Under the pieces are notes generated by a model. The model ran no database searches. It had not been told where the DNA came from and saw only the letters and a list, made by a program, of their open reading frames with translations. Positions 13,461-26,787 of a DNA stretch of 64,000 nucleotides are shown here, piece by piece. Numbering within the stretch: the stretch's first letter is position 1; every line of letters starts with the position of its first letter. Origin of the DNA: Octopus bimaculoides (taxonomy: Eukaryota); the NCBI RefSeq assembly GCF_001194135.2, contig NC_068982.1:114954252-115018251 (forward strand), in the 5' to 3' direction. Position numbers and translations under genes: made by a program.

Positions 13461-15325
13461 TGATAATGTAAAGAACTTGTGATAATTTATCAACAGACTT
13501 ATATTATTGGTTATAAACTAACATGTTTACCAACAAACTTGTGATAATGTTTACGAATGAACCAGTGGTAATGTTTTCAAACAATCTGTTCATGATGTTT
13601 ATATAAACAATATAATGATAATGTTTATACAGTACCGGATAGTTTTCTTGAACAAACCTTGTGATTAATTTCATAAACTCAGTGAAGATGATTTTAAATA
13701 TAATCGTGACAATGTAGATTCCGTTAACTGGTGCTACAATAATTTAAAATAAATTTGTATCCAAGTTAGAAATCAATGAATATGTAAGTGTACATGTACA
13801 TATGATTGTGTGTGCGTGTGTGTGTGGGCGCGCGCGTGTGTATGAAAGAGACAGACAGACAAACAAACAGAGAGAGCTATTGAAAATATACATATGTTTA
13901 ATTTTGCTGTTAACTTGTGTCATTGAGCGAACTCTCGGTCGACTGCAATATTATTTGACACTTAAAAGTGTATAGCAGTCGTGCATACTTTGAGGTGAAA
14001 AGGATACTGATATTTCGGGCCAAACTTTTCGGCTTAGAGAAAAAAATCTCTTTCTCTCTACGGCAAGCAAATTTCTGCAAATGCCCAGACTTTTCTAAAT
14101 AACTTTTACCGACATAGACACTCAGAAATTTCCTTGAACAATATAATAGTTTTACAACATCAAAGAAACATCAATAAAACGGTATATGACTATAATGATT
14201 CTAGCACGATGTAATTCTGTGTACATATTTTAATATGAGATTAGAAAGTAAAATGAAAATGGAGTTTCTTCTCTGTTATTCAGAAAAGTTTTAGATTTTG
14301 ACACTCTTTATTTATCTTTTTTTAAAACATTTCACAAAATTCATATGAGTTGTGAAATATTTTCTCACTTTCATACATAAGTGAGAAAACATTATGGATA
14401 TAAAATATTATGGATGAATATATTGACGATAATGTTTATGTTTATAAACAAATTTGAGTTAACAAACATGCGATAATATTTATAAACATACTAGAGATAA
14501 TGTTTATAAACAACTTTGTGTTTATGTTTATAAATAGACTTATGTCACGTTTATAAACAGATTGGGGGTAATATTTATAAAGTAACATATTGTAATGTTT
14601 ATTGAAATAACAGTGATAATGTTTATAAATAATTAGATCAGGGTCGGCGAACCAGGGTAACTTACCCGAAGTGGGGGTAAAAATGAAATTCTTGGGGATA
14701 ATGAGGACTCATTAGACGTAAGTAAAATTATATTTAAAAAATGTGTTCCTTGTTACGACAGAAATTTTTCTTCTAGCATGAAGAAGCAGTCAAAAAGTTA
14801 CTGCCTTTTGCAACAAGCTACCTTTGCGAGCAAGGATTTTCCATTCTAATGAACATAAAAGCAAAGCAGAGAAGTCGACTGGACCTGAAGACTATCCAGA
14901 TTGCTCTGGCATCAGAATACCCCAATTTTGATGTAATTGTAACAAAGATGAAACATCATTTCACCAAAACCTGAAGTGAAAAAGTTTCTAGAAAAATCCT
15001 TTTGTTTCATAATGAGGATATTGATTTATTTTATCGCATTTATTTTTTACTTTTTATAATTATAATTGTATTTTCCATATAAATAGATTCAATAAACCTT
15101 TTGAATTCAAAGAATCTATGGTTTTCTTTTTTTCAAATCAAAGGGGTAACGTAGGCGTAAATGAATATATTTTGGAGTAAATGTTTAAAAAAGCTCCCCG
15201 ACCCCTGAATTAGATGATAATGTTTGTAAACACACAGATGTTAATATTTATAAATAAACTGGTAATAATGTTTACAGGCGATTTGGTGATAATATTTGTA
15301 GACAAATTTGAATTAATATTTATAA
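13461..15325. repeat. Degenerate minisatellite, consensus about tgataatgtttataaacaaac (blocks 13461-13760, 14420-14638, 15208-15325)
   Basis: Repeated gataatgttta(t/c)aaac units with a period of roughly 24-28 bp, interrupted by the hAT element. Confidence 0.7.
14639..15207 (+). mobile_element. Internally deleted hAT (Charlie-like) element
   Basis: TIRs CAGGG(G)TCGGCGAAC / GCTCCCCGACCCCTG, a perfect 8-bp TSD AATTAGAT (14631-14638, 15208-15215), and an internal remnant SYLCEQGFSILMNIKAKQRSRLD of the hAT C-terminal dimerisation domain. Confidence 0.88.
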
Positions 15326-15705
15326 TTGGTGTTGCAGCGGCAGAAGAACAGTAGTATATCCTTAATGAACCTTGTTCTTATAGTAATCTATATTGTAGAT
15401 ATTACAGTTGAAAACCCGTTTCGACAGTCTTTTGGAATCACTTCATTTATGTGTTTTAGATTTTATTTCCCAGTTTCGAGAAATTTTGAGACAAACATAC
15501 ACAGAGAAAGAGAGAGAGAGAGAGACAGAGACAGAGAAAAGAGAAAAGAGAAAGGTTGCTAATATGGAATGAGGGAAAAAGTACTCAAAATCATAGTAGA
15601 ATGTGATAGTTTATTTAGGCTGACATAGTGACCTTTTACTCTGGAGCTTTACTAACATGGCACTTCATATGAGTGTACGTACATGATAACATGCATATAT
15701 ACATA

Positions 15706-15706
<1 letters not shown>

Positions 15707-15758
<52 letters not shown>

Positions 15759-16121
15759 NNNNNNNNNNNNNNNNNNNNNNNNNNNNNNNNNNNNNNNNNN
15801 NNNNNNNNNNNNNNNNNNNNNNNNNNNNNNNNNNNNNNNNNNNNNNNNNNNNNNNNNNNNNNNNNNNNNNNNNNNNNNNNNNNNNNNNNNNNNNNNNNNN
15901 NNNNNNNNNNNNNNNNNNNNNNNNNNNNNNNNNNNNNNNNNNNNNNNNNNNNNNNNNNNNNNNNNNNNNNNNNNNNNNNNNNNNNNNNNNNNNNNNNNNN
16001 NNNNNNNNNNNNNNNNNNNNNNNNNNNNNNNNNNNNNNNNNNNNNNNNNNNNNNNNNNNNNNNNNNNNNNNNNNNNNNNNNNNNNNNNNNNNNNNNNNNN
16101 NNNNNNNNNNNNNNNNNNNNN

Positions 16122-16170
<49 letters not shown>

Positions 16171-16251
16171 CATATACACACACACACACACTCACACGCA
16201 CACACTCACACACACACACTCACACACACACACATATATAGATAGATAGAT

Positions 16252-16287
<36 letters not shown>

Positions 16288-16358
16288 GGATGGGTGGATG
16301 GATGGATGGATGGGTGGATGGGTGGATGGGTGGATGGATAGCTAGCTAGCTAGCTAGC

Positions 16359-16420
<62 letters not shown>
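15707..16420. repeat. Compound microsatellite (GT)n / gap / (CA)n-(GATA)n-(GGAT)n-(GCTA)n
   Basis: Direct inspection. One of many SSRs; others include 1-245, 4145-4240 (GA)n, 7011-7068 (TACA)n, 35626-35703 (AAC)n(AAT)n, 46318-46384 (AC)n and 59790-59860 (TATG)n. Confidence 0.95.
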
Positions 16421-16421
<1 letters not shown>

Positions 16422-19210
16422 ACTGCGTGTACACATTACAAGTTTACAAACGGTGAAATATCTTATTCAGTACAGTAATTTACAGTAATTCATTGCAGGA
16501 CCATATATCACTGTTATTCTTGTTTAGAGCGTATAGACGGTGGTGGATACTAATAAACACACTGCCTTGCGATTTTCAATTACCTCTATGTAGATTTGAG
16601 TTTAAACCCCGGTCATGGCCAACTTGTTTCTTAACCACAACCACCCAGGACAACATCAACTGTAGTTCACTTCAACAAATTCATTTCTAATGTTGTAAGA
16701 AATCATCATTAATTGGTCTGAAAAGGAACGGTGGCTACGGTTGTTACAAACCCTACCCGACTATTGAGATGGATGTAGATCGGCGGAGATCGGTGCCTGT
16801 AAGTAAAAGGAAAATAGAAAGTTACAGAGGATTAAGGTTCAAGGAAAGATGAATTGGATTGAGTGTCTAGTGTGAAATTTGAATTGGGTGTGGGACACTG
16901 TAGTCGTCACCTTGCTGGTTAAAATCCTACTGTACTGAAAATATTGCAGCCGAGAATAACATTTTAAAAATCAAGATACGTTATATTAGATAAATTTGAG
17001 ACAATTTATTTAATTTATTATGATAATCTAAAAAACAAGTAGCTTGCTTACAAACGACATGGTTCCGGGTTCTCGGGCCGACCAAAGCCTTGTGAGTGGA
17101 TTTGGTAGACGGAAACTGAAAGAAGCCCGTTGTATATATGTATGTATATATATATATATATATGTATGTATGTGTGTGTATATGTTTGTGTGTCTGTGTT
17201 TGTCCCCCCCCCAAACATCGCTTGACAACCGATGTTGGTGTGTTTACGTCCCCGTAACTTAGCGGTTCGGCAAAAGAGACCGATAGAATAAGTACTAGGC
17301 TTACAAAGAATAAGTCCTGGGGTCGATTTGCTCGACTAAAGGCGGTGTTCCAGCATGGCCACAGTCAAATGACTGAAACAATTAAAGAGTAAAAGAATAT
17401 AAGCNNNNNNNNNNNNNNNNNNNNNNNNNNNNNNNNNNNNNNNNNNNNNNNNNNNNNNNNNNNNNNNNNNNNNNNNNNNNNNNNNNNNNNNNNNNNNNNN
17501 NNNNNNNNNNNNNNNNNNNNNNNNNNNNNNNNNNNNNNNNNNNNNNNNNNNNNNNNNNNNNNNNNNNNNNNNNNNNNNNNNNNNNNNNNNNNNNNNNNNN
17601 NNNNNNNNNNNNNNNNNNNNNNNNNNNNNNNNNNNNNNNNNNNNNNNNNNNNNNNNNNNNNNNNNNNNNNNNNNNNNNCAATATTGCAAAATGTTTGATT
17701 CAATTCAGCATTTAGGTATCTTGTAAAGATCTACTTCATATTCATAGAATACATTATATTGTAATATATATGATTCACACACGGTAGTGTGTGAATAATA
17801 TTCTTAAAGTCAACATTTACTCACTCGCGACCACTTCCAGGCTTTGTCACTAATTCAGTTTTTTTTTTTTTACCAAATTTGATGATGTTTATACATCTTT
17901 AGATTGGTCACCTCCTAAGCTACATTTTGAGCTACAAAATTTGAAATTTTGTCCAGTAGAAAAAGAGTTGAGATTTCAAATATGTGAGGTCAAAAAGGGG
18001 GAGAATAATACCCGAAATCGACTTCAGGGATATACGTGCGACACTGCATACATACTTTCGTAAATACACACACACACACGCGCACACACATATACACAGA
18101 CACATAAATAACTTTTAAAATGCCCATGTGACAATTCGTAGCTTTAAGGAGAGGGCTAAGCAGACAACAATTAATGATAAGTGGACTATTTTCTGCTGTC
18201 CATCATAAGTAAAGACTCACACAGACACACACATACATACATATATATACATACATACGTACATACATACTTATTGCAGAAAAATGTTACCGAGGTTTAA
18301 ATTTTTATCATTTTCACCTAATCAGAAAACAGGATTAAGAAGTTGTCATTTTCTGCTTGGTAGCTGTCTATCACAAAATGAAAGTGAAATCATTATACGC
18401 GGAAGAATTTTTATTAAACAAACGAAAGCAAAGCATTACGACGACCAAAGTTGTAAGAACTTCTAAAGTTTTAAGCTTTTTTTGTTTACTTTTAAAGTTT
18501 AATTCAATATTAAGAGTAGCAGAATTTAGATTATTATTTCTTAGGGTAAATTGACAAGGTTTTTGCTTCCAGACAGTATGATTCGATTTTCAGAGTAGCA
18601 GGATGCAGATTTTTTTATTTTCAGGCAATTTGACAAGTACAGTACTTGAATTGCAGGCTTTATATTTATTTTGCATGAATTTCGACTAACAAACTAACTT
18701 TGCTCTAGCAAGGCAGGTGGCGCCTCCTACCTTACGGTGGATGCATTGGCTAGTTTTGCATCTTTAAAAATTTTATATTAGCCATGGCTTTACTTTTCAT
18801 ATGATCAGATACTCTTCTTACTATATTAGCTGATATATTCTCATACCTCTTCTTGATAGCTCTTCTTACTACATATAGATATAGCTAATTTAATTCTTGA
18901 TTTTATAATAAAATTAGGATTACATTAATATTCACTTTTATATAGAAAATTATTTTTTATAATGAATTTTCTCACTTTCTTTTTTGGCGCAATCGTAATT
19001 ATGCACTTTGTTTCAATATAAAAATTTTATATACAGTGAAGATATAAGATCTAATATTTTTTACAATTATAATTAGATTTCTCATTATCCTTAAAAAATT
19101 ATTAATTTTAAAGGAACTAAATATACAGGCAGGTTTCTTTTAATTCAAATACTTTTTAACAAAAGAATATTTATTAGTTTTATTACATTGCCCGGAAAAA
19201 AAGTGGATTA

Positions 19211-20342
19211 CAATGAAAAATGCGAGCGCATGCATGTTAATATTCTTAAGTTATTACACCTGGAAAAGTACAGAACAAGATTTCTACTGTAGAATTTGCC
19301 TAATTTATCACCTCTAAAGAAAACTAAAAAAATACTTAGAATTAAAATTCTACTGTACTTAAAATATTGCAGCCGAGAATAACATTTTAAAAATCAAGAT
19401 ACGTTATATTAGANNNNNNNNNNAGTAGAATGGTCATTAAATGGCTTCAAATCAACCATATGCTTAGTCAATTCTTTCACATTAAAAAAAGAAATTTAAT
19501 CTGACAAATAAATCATAAGTAAAATTTATTAGTTAACATTAATACAGTAGAATTACCCTCATTCGTCTTTGGCTAATTCGTTACTTCACCTAATTCGTCA
19601 CTTTCAATTTTCTCCTAGGGATGACTAATTGGGTGAATTCTACTGTATTTTTTAAAATTAATTTTATTTTATTCCATTTTTAAAATACTGCTTTTTCCGA
19701 AAATATGCCCAAGGGCTTAAATACAGACTGAAATAATTTTGCTGAAATAATTTTTTTCATGAAAATAATAAAAATTACTGGGGCTATAAATGAAAAGAGC
19801 TGTTGAATATAAACCCATAGACTTAAAATCGGATGAGCTAATTTTTGGTAAAAACCAGTAATGTTTTCATAATTTTTGTTTTAATAAAATATAAAAGGCA
19901 AATAGAAAATGGAGATACAGTTAATTGATAACAACTGATTTCCATCAATTATCATTGATGGAAATCAATTGTTATCAATTAATTATATCTCCATTTTCTA
20001 TTTGCTTTTGAATATTGATAAACTTCAGTTTACTTTTGTCATTACCTATTATTTATGAGCATTAACACCAATGCTCATGATTAAATATAGGTAATATACC
20101 AGTGGATTCATAGGATTCTAGTTATCCCTTGGACGGTTCTTTGAAACCTCTAACTTAATAAAATATAGTAAATTTTTAAAATGTTATTGTCGGCTGCAAT
20201 ATTTTAAGTACAGTAGAATTTTAATTGTAGGTACTTTTTAATTTCCTTTAGAGGTGACAAATTAGGCAAATTCCACTGTAGAAATCTTGTTCAGTACTTT
20301 TCCAGCTGAATATTAACATGCATGCGCCCGCATTTTTCATTG
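19211..20342. mobile_element. TA-flanked MITE/foldback element with about 180-bp TIRs
   Basis: 19211-19394 is the reverse complement, with small indels, of 20172-20342. Termini are TA|CAATGAAAAATGCG...CGCATTTTTCATTG|TA, with an internal repeated motif tacagtagaatt. A partial copy lies at 16921-16990. Confidence 0.8.
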
Positions 20343-20962
20343 TAATATATATATATATATATATATATANNNNNNNNNNNNNNNNNNNNNNNNNNNNNNN
20401 NNNNNNNNNNNNNNNNNNNNNNNNNNNNNNNNNNNNNNNNNNNNNNNNNNNNNNNNNNNNNNNNNNNNNNNNNNNNNNNNNNNNNNNNNNNNNNNNNNNN
20501 NNNNNNNNNNNNNNNNNNNNNNNNNNNNNNNNNNNNNNNNNNNNNNNNNNNNNNNNNNNNNNNNNNNNNNNNNNNNNNNNNNNNNNNNNNNNNNNNNNNN
20601 NNNNNNNNNNNNNNNNNNNNNNNNNNNNNNNNNNNNNNNNNNNNNNNNNNNNNNNNNNNNNNNNNNNNNNNNNNNNNNNNNNNNNNNNNNNNNNNNNNNN
20701 NNNNNNNNNNNNNNNNNNNNNNNNNNNNNNNNNNNNNNNNNNNNNNNNNNNNNNNNNNNNNNNNNNNNNNNNNNNNNNNNNNNNNNNNNNNNNNNNNNNN
20801 NNNNNNNNNNNNNNNNNNNNNNNNNNNNNNNNNNNNNNNNNNNNNNNNNNNNNNNNNNNNNNNNNNNNNNNNNNNNNNNNNNNNNNNNNNNNNNNNNNNN
20901 NNNNNNNNNNNNNNNNNNNNNNNNNNNNNNNNNNNNNNNNNNNNNNNNATATATATAGATAT

Positions 20963-21020
<58 letters not shown>

Positions 21021-21262
21021 TGATTGATAGATACATACATACATACATACATACTTACATACATATATATACATGTGTGTGCGTGTTTGCATGCTGAAAT
21101 TGATTTTCTGCATCTGCTACACGAATTCGACATGTCTGAGACAACCTGCAATGGTTATTCATGAGCTCTGTTCTTGTACCCTTACCTAATCTATTGCATT
21201 TTAAAAATAAATGTAATATTCTTACATAAATTTTATTTTCTATTTCTCAAGGGAAAACCCTT

Positions 21263-21563
21263 ATGGCAGAAGACAAAGTAATTAACAACAGTGACAGTAA
21301 CCAACATACTCCCCCACCACAACCTCCCCCACCACCACCGCTGCCTCCACCACCGCCGCCTCTGTCATCTGAAGCTGTCCGTCATTCATTCAGAATTCCT
21401 ACCGGAAACCTTTCATCATTCCACAGTGCCAATGCTAACCCGTTTTTATCGTCCATGAGCGGCATAACTTCCACGCATCCCTCTTTACAGAACGCCGCTT
21501 TCCTCAACGCAGGTCTCTCTCGTCAAATATGTCTCTCAGCAGAACTGCTACCTCGTTTTATTG
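21263..21563 (+). CDS. eyg: eyegone-like Pax gene, coding exon 1 (Pro-rich N-terminus, MAEDK...LLPRFI-G)
   Basis: ATG at 21263, open frame with a poly-Pro tract and a strong donor TTG|GTAAGT at 21564 (phase 1) that matches the phase-1 entry of the paired-domain exon. A candidate acceptor (ttctatttctcaag) ends at 21251, so an upstream exon is possible. Confidence 0.7.
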
Positions 21564-22192
21564 GTAAGTATAATTATACACACAAACGTTAACATATGTG
21601 ATGCAATGAGCGTCATAGAGTATGAGAATCAATAAATTATGTGATGAAGAAAATACATCAACACTAACTTAACGATTGTGTTTTGTGATAATGATGTCCC
21701 TGAGCAAATTTTTTCAGATATTATTTTTTTTTTAAATTGGTATTTTAGTTATTCTCTCATCGCTTTTTCGTTAAATGTGATGAAGTCTTCGCTACGCTAA
21801 GGAGGTCTAAGATGATCGAAACATGCTGAACTTTTCTCCCGTACCTGCCGATATGATTAAAATAATATTGGTCATTGAGAGATGTTCCTGCCATGACAAG
21901 CACGTCTTTTTATGTTTTTAGGCTAGTATATCTAAAAGTACTTTATTCAGCCTTCTTTAAGACGGTAGGGTATGATAGGAAAGACATTTTTGTTGTTGTT
22001 TTTAGCTGGTCGGGTGACCACAGAAATGCACCTTTCTTTCTTCGCACTTATTAAAGAAGTTTCGTTTAGCCTTCATCTTTCATATTTCAATAGAATCAAA
22101 ATATCCATTTATATACTTATATATGTGTATATGTGTGTATTATGTATGAATATATATGTATGTTCGTATGTATTTGACTGCATATGCATACA

Positions 22193-22223
<31 letters not shown>

Positions 22224-22499
22224 GTACCAGATTGAGTCAAAACTTTTTCGTATTTCAAGCTTTAATTAATAGTTCAAACAAATTACGTACGAAAAGCGTT
22301 ACTTCATGAAAATATATCTCGTCATATTTTATTGTCTGTTGCCATCGTTGTATCAAAAGCTCTATTCCACGCTTATATTATTTGGCTGATTTAGAGGCAA
22401 AAAACTCCCTACACCTGTTTTCAACTTCATTCATATTGTCGAACTTTTGTCCGTGCAGGAAATAAATAAAGGCTTGAAAAAAAGATAATTTGATGGTTC

Positions 22500-23290
22500 A
22501 CGGTTTGGACTGTAGGTAGGGTGAGGCAGCACTTCCAGCTCCTCAAGTTCCTCAAGTTTACGTTTGATCACATTTGAAGTATGTATCGAGGCATTGCAAT
22601 GTTGTAGGAATGCGCGTCTTCAATGGATTAATGTCGGGTAGCAGGTCTTTAAATCATCATCTCAGATGGTCATGTTGCGCATGACCATCTGAGACAAGCT
22701 CAAAGTGCAACATACCCTCGGAATTCCACTAAACACACATGACCTTCTGTTCAAATTGCCCTTGTTTGACAACAGATTCTGAAGTCTGACCGGAACAAAG
22801 CCACTTCTTTCTCTTATTAGGATTACGGAAATAGATCCGTTTTTTCATCACCATTTACAGTTTGAAGCTAGAAAACAGGCATCTCCAGGATTTGCCAGCA
22901 GGTGTTTGCAAATGTTCACACGTTGTTGAGCCAGGTCATTGGTCAGGTCGGGAGGAGCTTCTCAACAGCGTCTGTTCACAAAGACGAGTTTATGCAGGTA
23001 TCCATTAATGGTGTTTTGTGAAGTTCTGCTGACAATGTACGAGTGCTTGTGCTTGTTCGTTGTTCAACTATTTCAAACAAAGCCTCATCTTCCACAACAG
23101 ACGGTATCCCTAACCTTGGTTTGTCTTCGAGTCTGGTATCAGCTTCCATGAAATTTCTGAGCCAGTTTTATACTACGCATTCGTTAACAGTTCCTGAGCT
23201 GTCCACATCATTAATTTCTTTTGCAGCTGACATTGCACTCAGTCCTTTTTTTCCACAAGTAGCGTAAAATAGCTCTAATTGTAATTTTTC
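22500..23290 (-). mobile_element. Decayed mariner transposase
   Basis: The - strand, across stops and frameshifts, gives RAILRYLWKKGLSA..AAKEINDV...NW.RNF...D..LEDKPR.G.PSVVEDEAL, a later GDEK and a QFEQKVM-like segment. TIRs are not clearly resolved. Confidence 0.75.
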
Positions 23291-24368
23291 ACCACTCAAT
23301 ATCAAAGCTCTAAAATAAAGAATAAATAATTCAAGTTTATGTGTTCAATTAAATAGCTTGACTCAAAATATTAAATTTTGGCGCCAATTTACCAATCGGT
23401 GTGATTATCTTAACGATGGCACGAAAACTGTCATTTCAAAATTTTAGACAACACTTGTTAGTAGTTAGACCATTCTTTCGTTAATTATTTTATGTGACTA
23501 TGTGGTTGCGAGCAGACCTAAACACCTTCTCACATCCAACTCATTCTTGGTCAGCGGAAGATCCGGGATGTGACAGCTGAAGAGAAGGCTGCACCAGTAT
23601 TGATATGGTTTTAATCTTCGGTTGAGTAGGATTGAGCAATGTGAAATGAGGTGGCCTGGTCAAGGAGACACCGCGCTGCCCAGTCTATCCAACTATGACC
23701 TTATCGTAAATCCAACACCCTTACCAAAAGAGCGCGCACCTTTACTATATGGTGCCATATTGTCCAAATATAACTGTGCAAAATGCTATCAAGCTACTAT
23801 CTCCCACTGTGACATTATGTCATTGATAAAAATAATTTACAATGTTATCCGCAGAAAAGACTGCCCTTGAATAAATATGAACAATACTTCTGCTATATAA
23901 TACATACATGCATGCATACATACATGCATACGTACATACATACATATCAGTTGAAGTAATGCTGGCGCAATATTCCCATCAAAACATGTACCAAGTGCAA
24001 ACGTAGCTAACCTGACAGTTTTTGTGGGATACAAATAAGTTATGTACAGTTATAGAAGTTAGTCGCTCCACAGATGTGAACACCACTTCCGAAATCACCG
24101 ACGTGAATGTTTGGACAACTGCTTCGAAAACTGCAACTTCTGCACCCTTGTTAGAAAGAACTAGAATTTTCAAGTAAGGAGACTGGCTGACACGAATTTT
24201 ACTGATACAATCTGTACATAGAACAGTAAAAATATTCGTAACAATTACCATTGTTGTTATACAAACTCCTATGATGGAACTTTTGATCCTTTGCTAGAAA
24301 CTAACTCCCTCATTCTAGAAGGAATATGAATAAATATAAAAAGAAGGCACGCGTGCGTACGTGTGTAT

Positions 24369-24429
<61 letters not shown>

Positions 24430-24660
24430 NNNNNNNNNNNNNNNNNNNNNNNNNNNNNNNNNNNNNNNNNNNNNNNNNNNNNNNNNNNNNNNNNNNNNNN
24501 NNNNNNNNNNNNNNNNNNNNNNNNNNNNNNNNNNNNNNNNNNNNNNNNNNNNNNNNNNNNNNNNNNNNNNNNNNNNNNNNNNNNNNNNNNNNNNNNNNNN
24601 NNNNNNNNNNNNNNNNNNNNNNNNNNNNNNNNNNNNNNNNNNNNNNNNNNNNNNNNNNNN

Positions 24661-24716
<56 letters not shown>

Positions 24717-26464
24717 AAACACATGCACAAATAAACAAACACTAGCGCATGTTCGTTTCAAAAATCAAAAGGAAATAACGTTGTGAGCAAATGATACAAC
24801 ACAATATGCATGTGCGCGCACGTTTGTATATATGTCTGCATATTTAGATATATATGTGTTTGCATATACGCATGTAAGTGCGTGCGTATTTCTGTGTATG
24901 TGTATACGTGTATATGTGCATGTGTAGATATGAGAATGTGCGTATATGTATGCATTCACACTAAATATTGTGATGAAAATAAAATGTTATGTATTTCCAT
25001 TAATGTAGTCTATGAGAATCTGAATTATTAGTTGACTGCCATCTGGAGAGAATGGAATAAATCTCCTTGCTACTGAAATCTGGAATCCAAAGCACTAAAA
25101 ACATTTTAAAGACAACAGACAAACAGGTGCCAGGTTTGATCAGCGATCAATTTTCATTGGGCTTGAAAGGTAATATAATAGAAAGTACAATAGACACAAG
25201 AATACAATAGGCTTTCCTGTGTCAAAGCCATCATCTACTCAGACTGCGCATTGGTTGCTTGTCTAGCTAATGTTACGATTATTGTCTATCATTATTACCT
25301 ACACAATGCTTCATTCCTTTTCATTTTCTTCAGTTCCATCTTCACTTTATTTAATTGAGTGTTGTCCTCTCCCACAACCTGTTACCTATGAATGTAAGTC
25401 AGCTCTATTCTAGAACCACTTATTTCCTTGAAGAGAAAAAGAGAGTAAAAGAAGAAGCTGTGTCTATTAAAGTAGCCATCAGAATATTTCACCGTCTGAG
25501 AACTAACTCATAAAACAGCTGCACTATTGTCAGACGTTCTTCAGTTTTAAGTAAACAAACAAATAAATACCTCACAGAAATAGATTTGGAATATTTTCCC
25601 CCTTCCGTATGATTTTAACAATTCTTTTCGTCTTCTTTAAGTCTTATTTTCTATGTTTCGTATTCTTTTGGTGAGATACATTAAAAAGTATTTGTCCTTC
25701 CACTAAATAAATGATCACAAATGTATCAGTAACAAAGTGTTAGCTAATTTTTGTTATATTTGGTTGGCTCAGCAAAAATTATTTACTGAAGTTCATAAAT
25801 TCGACAAACTAGTTGAAATTCGAAGGCAGAATCAAGTTTCACACTAAATTCCATTGCTCTGCTATTTTTTGCTGCGGTCTTCCATCTATAAATATTATAA
25901 AATTTTCTTTAATTGACTTGTGTTTTACATTTTTGGTGGGAACCCCTAAAACAATCCAGGTTTTTGGATCTGGCCCGAGAATTAAAAAGGTTGAGAACCT
26001 CTAAATTAATGCCTGTCGTCGGAACCAATGGAATATACACAATATGTTCAGAATTTATCGAAGCCTATTTTTGTATCAAGAAAGTCATACGGTTTGTAAA
26101 GAAGCCAGTAAAGTTGAATGACTAAATGAGTAAATGATAATAATTATGAGAGTTAATATTTACCCCCACTTAAACGTAGATGATCTGTTAGAACAAACTA
26201 CACTGTGGTGGTTACCTTGAGAGAAACTCACATATTGGCTTTTGTTGCAAAATGCACTCTTGTTTATATCGCTAGCGGGGAGGTAAATCCCCACCACTTT
26301 CAACACTGAAACCAATAGATCTCCTGATTTCGACCTACCTTAGTCTTCTCAATGACGGACGCTCGACCACTTCAGACTTCAGTGACTCATCTCCCCGCCA
26401 GCGATATAAAGAATAACAATACAAGAACAGGCGCTGGTGTCGCGAGTAGCCAGTGTTAGAAAAT

Positions 26465-26787
26465 ATATATTAGCAACAGAGACAGTATTAATGCCGAGAC
26501 GTAATATCTATCCCCACTTAAACGTGGATGTTCTGCTAGAAAACTATACTACAGTATTTAACATGAGAGAAACCCTCATATTGACTTTTGATGAAAATGC
26601 ACTCTTGTTTATATTGCTAGCGGAGAGATAAACCCTACCATCTCCAGCGCCAAGACCAGTGGTCCAGCGTCCATTATTGAAGGTCGAAATCACATGATCT
26701 GATATAGTTTGTTCTAACAGAACATCCACGTTTAAGTGGGGATAAATATTACCTCTCGGTATTAATACTACCTCTTTCGCTAATATA
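26465..26787. mobile_element. MITE-like element with about 85-bp TIRs and an extra direct copy at 26155-26295
   Basis: atccccacttaaacgtggatgttctg at about 26510 and its reverse complement at about 26717-26743. A direct repeat of the left part lies at 26155-26295. Confidence 0.65.
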
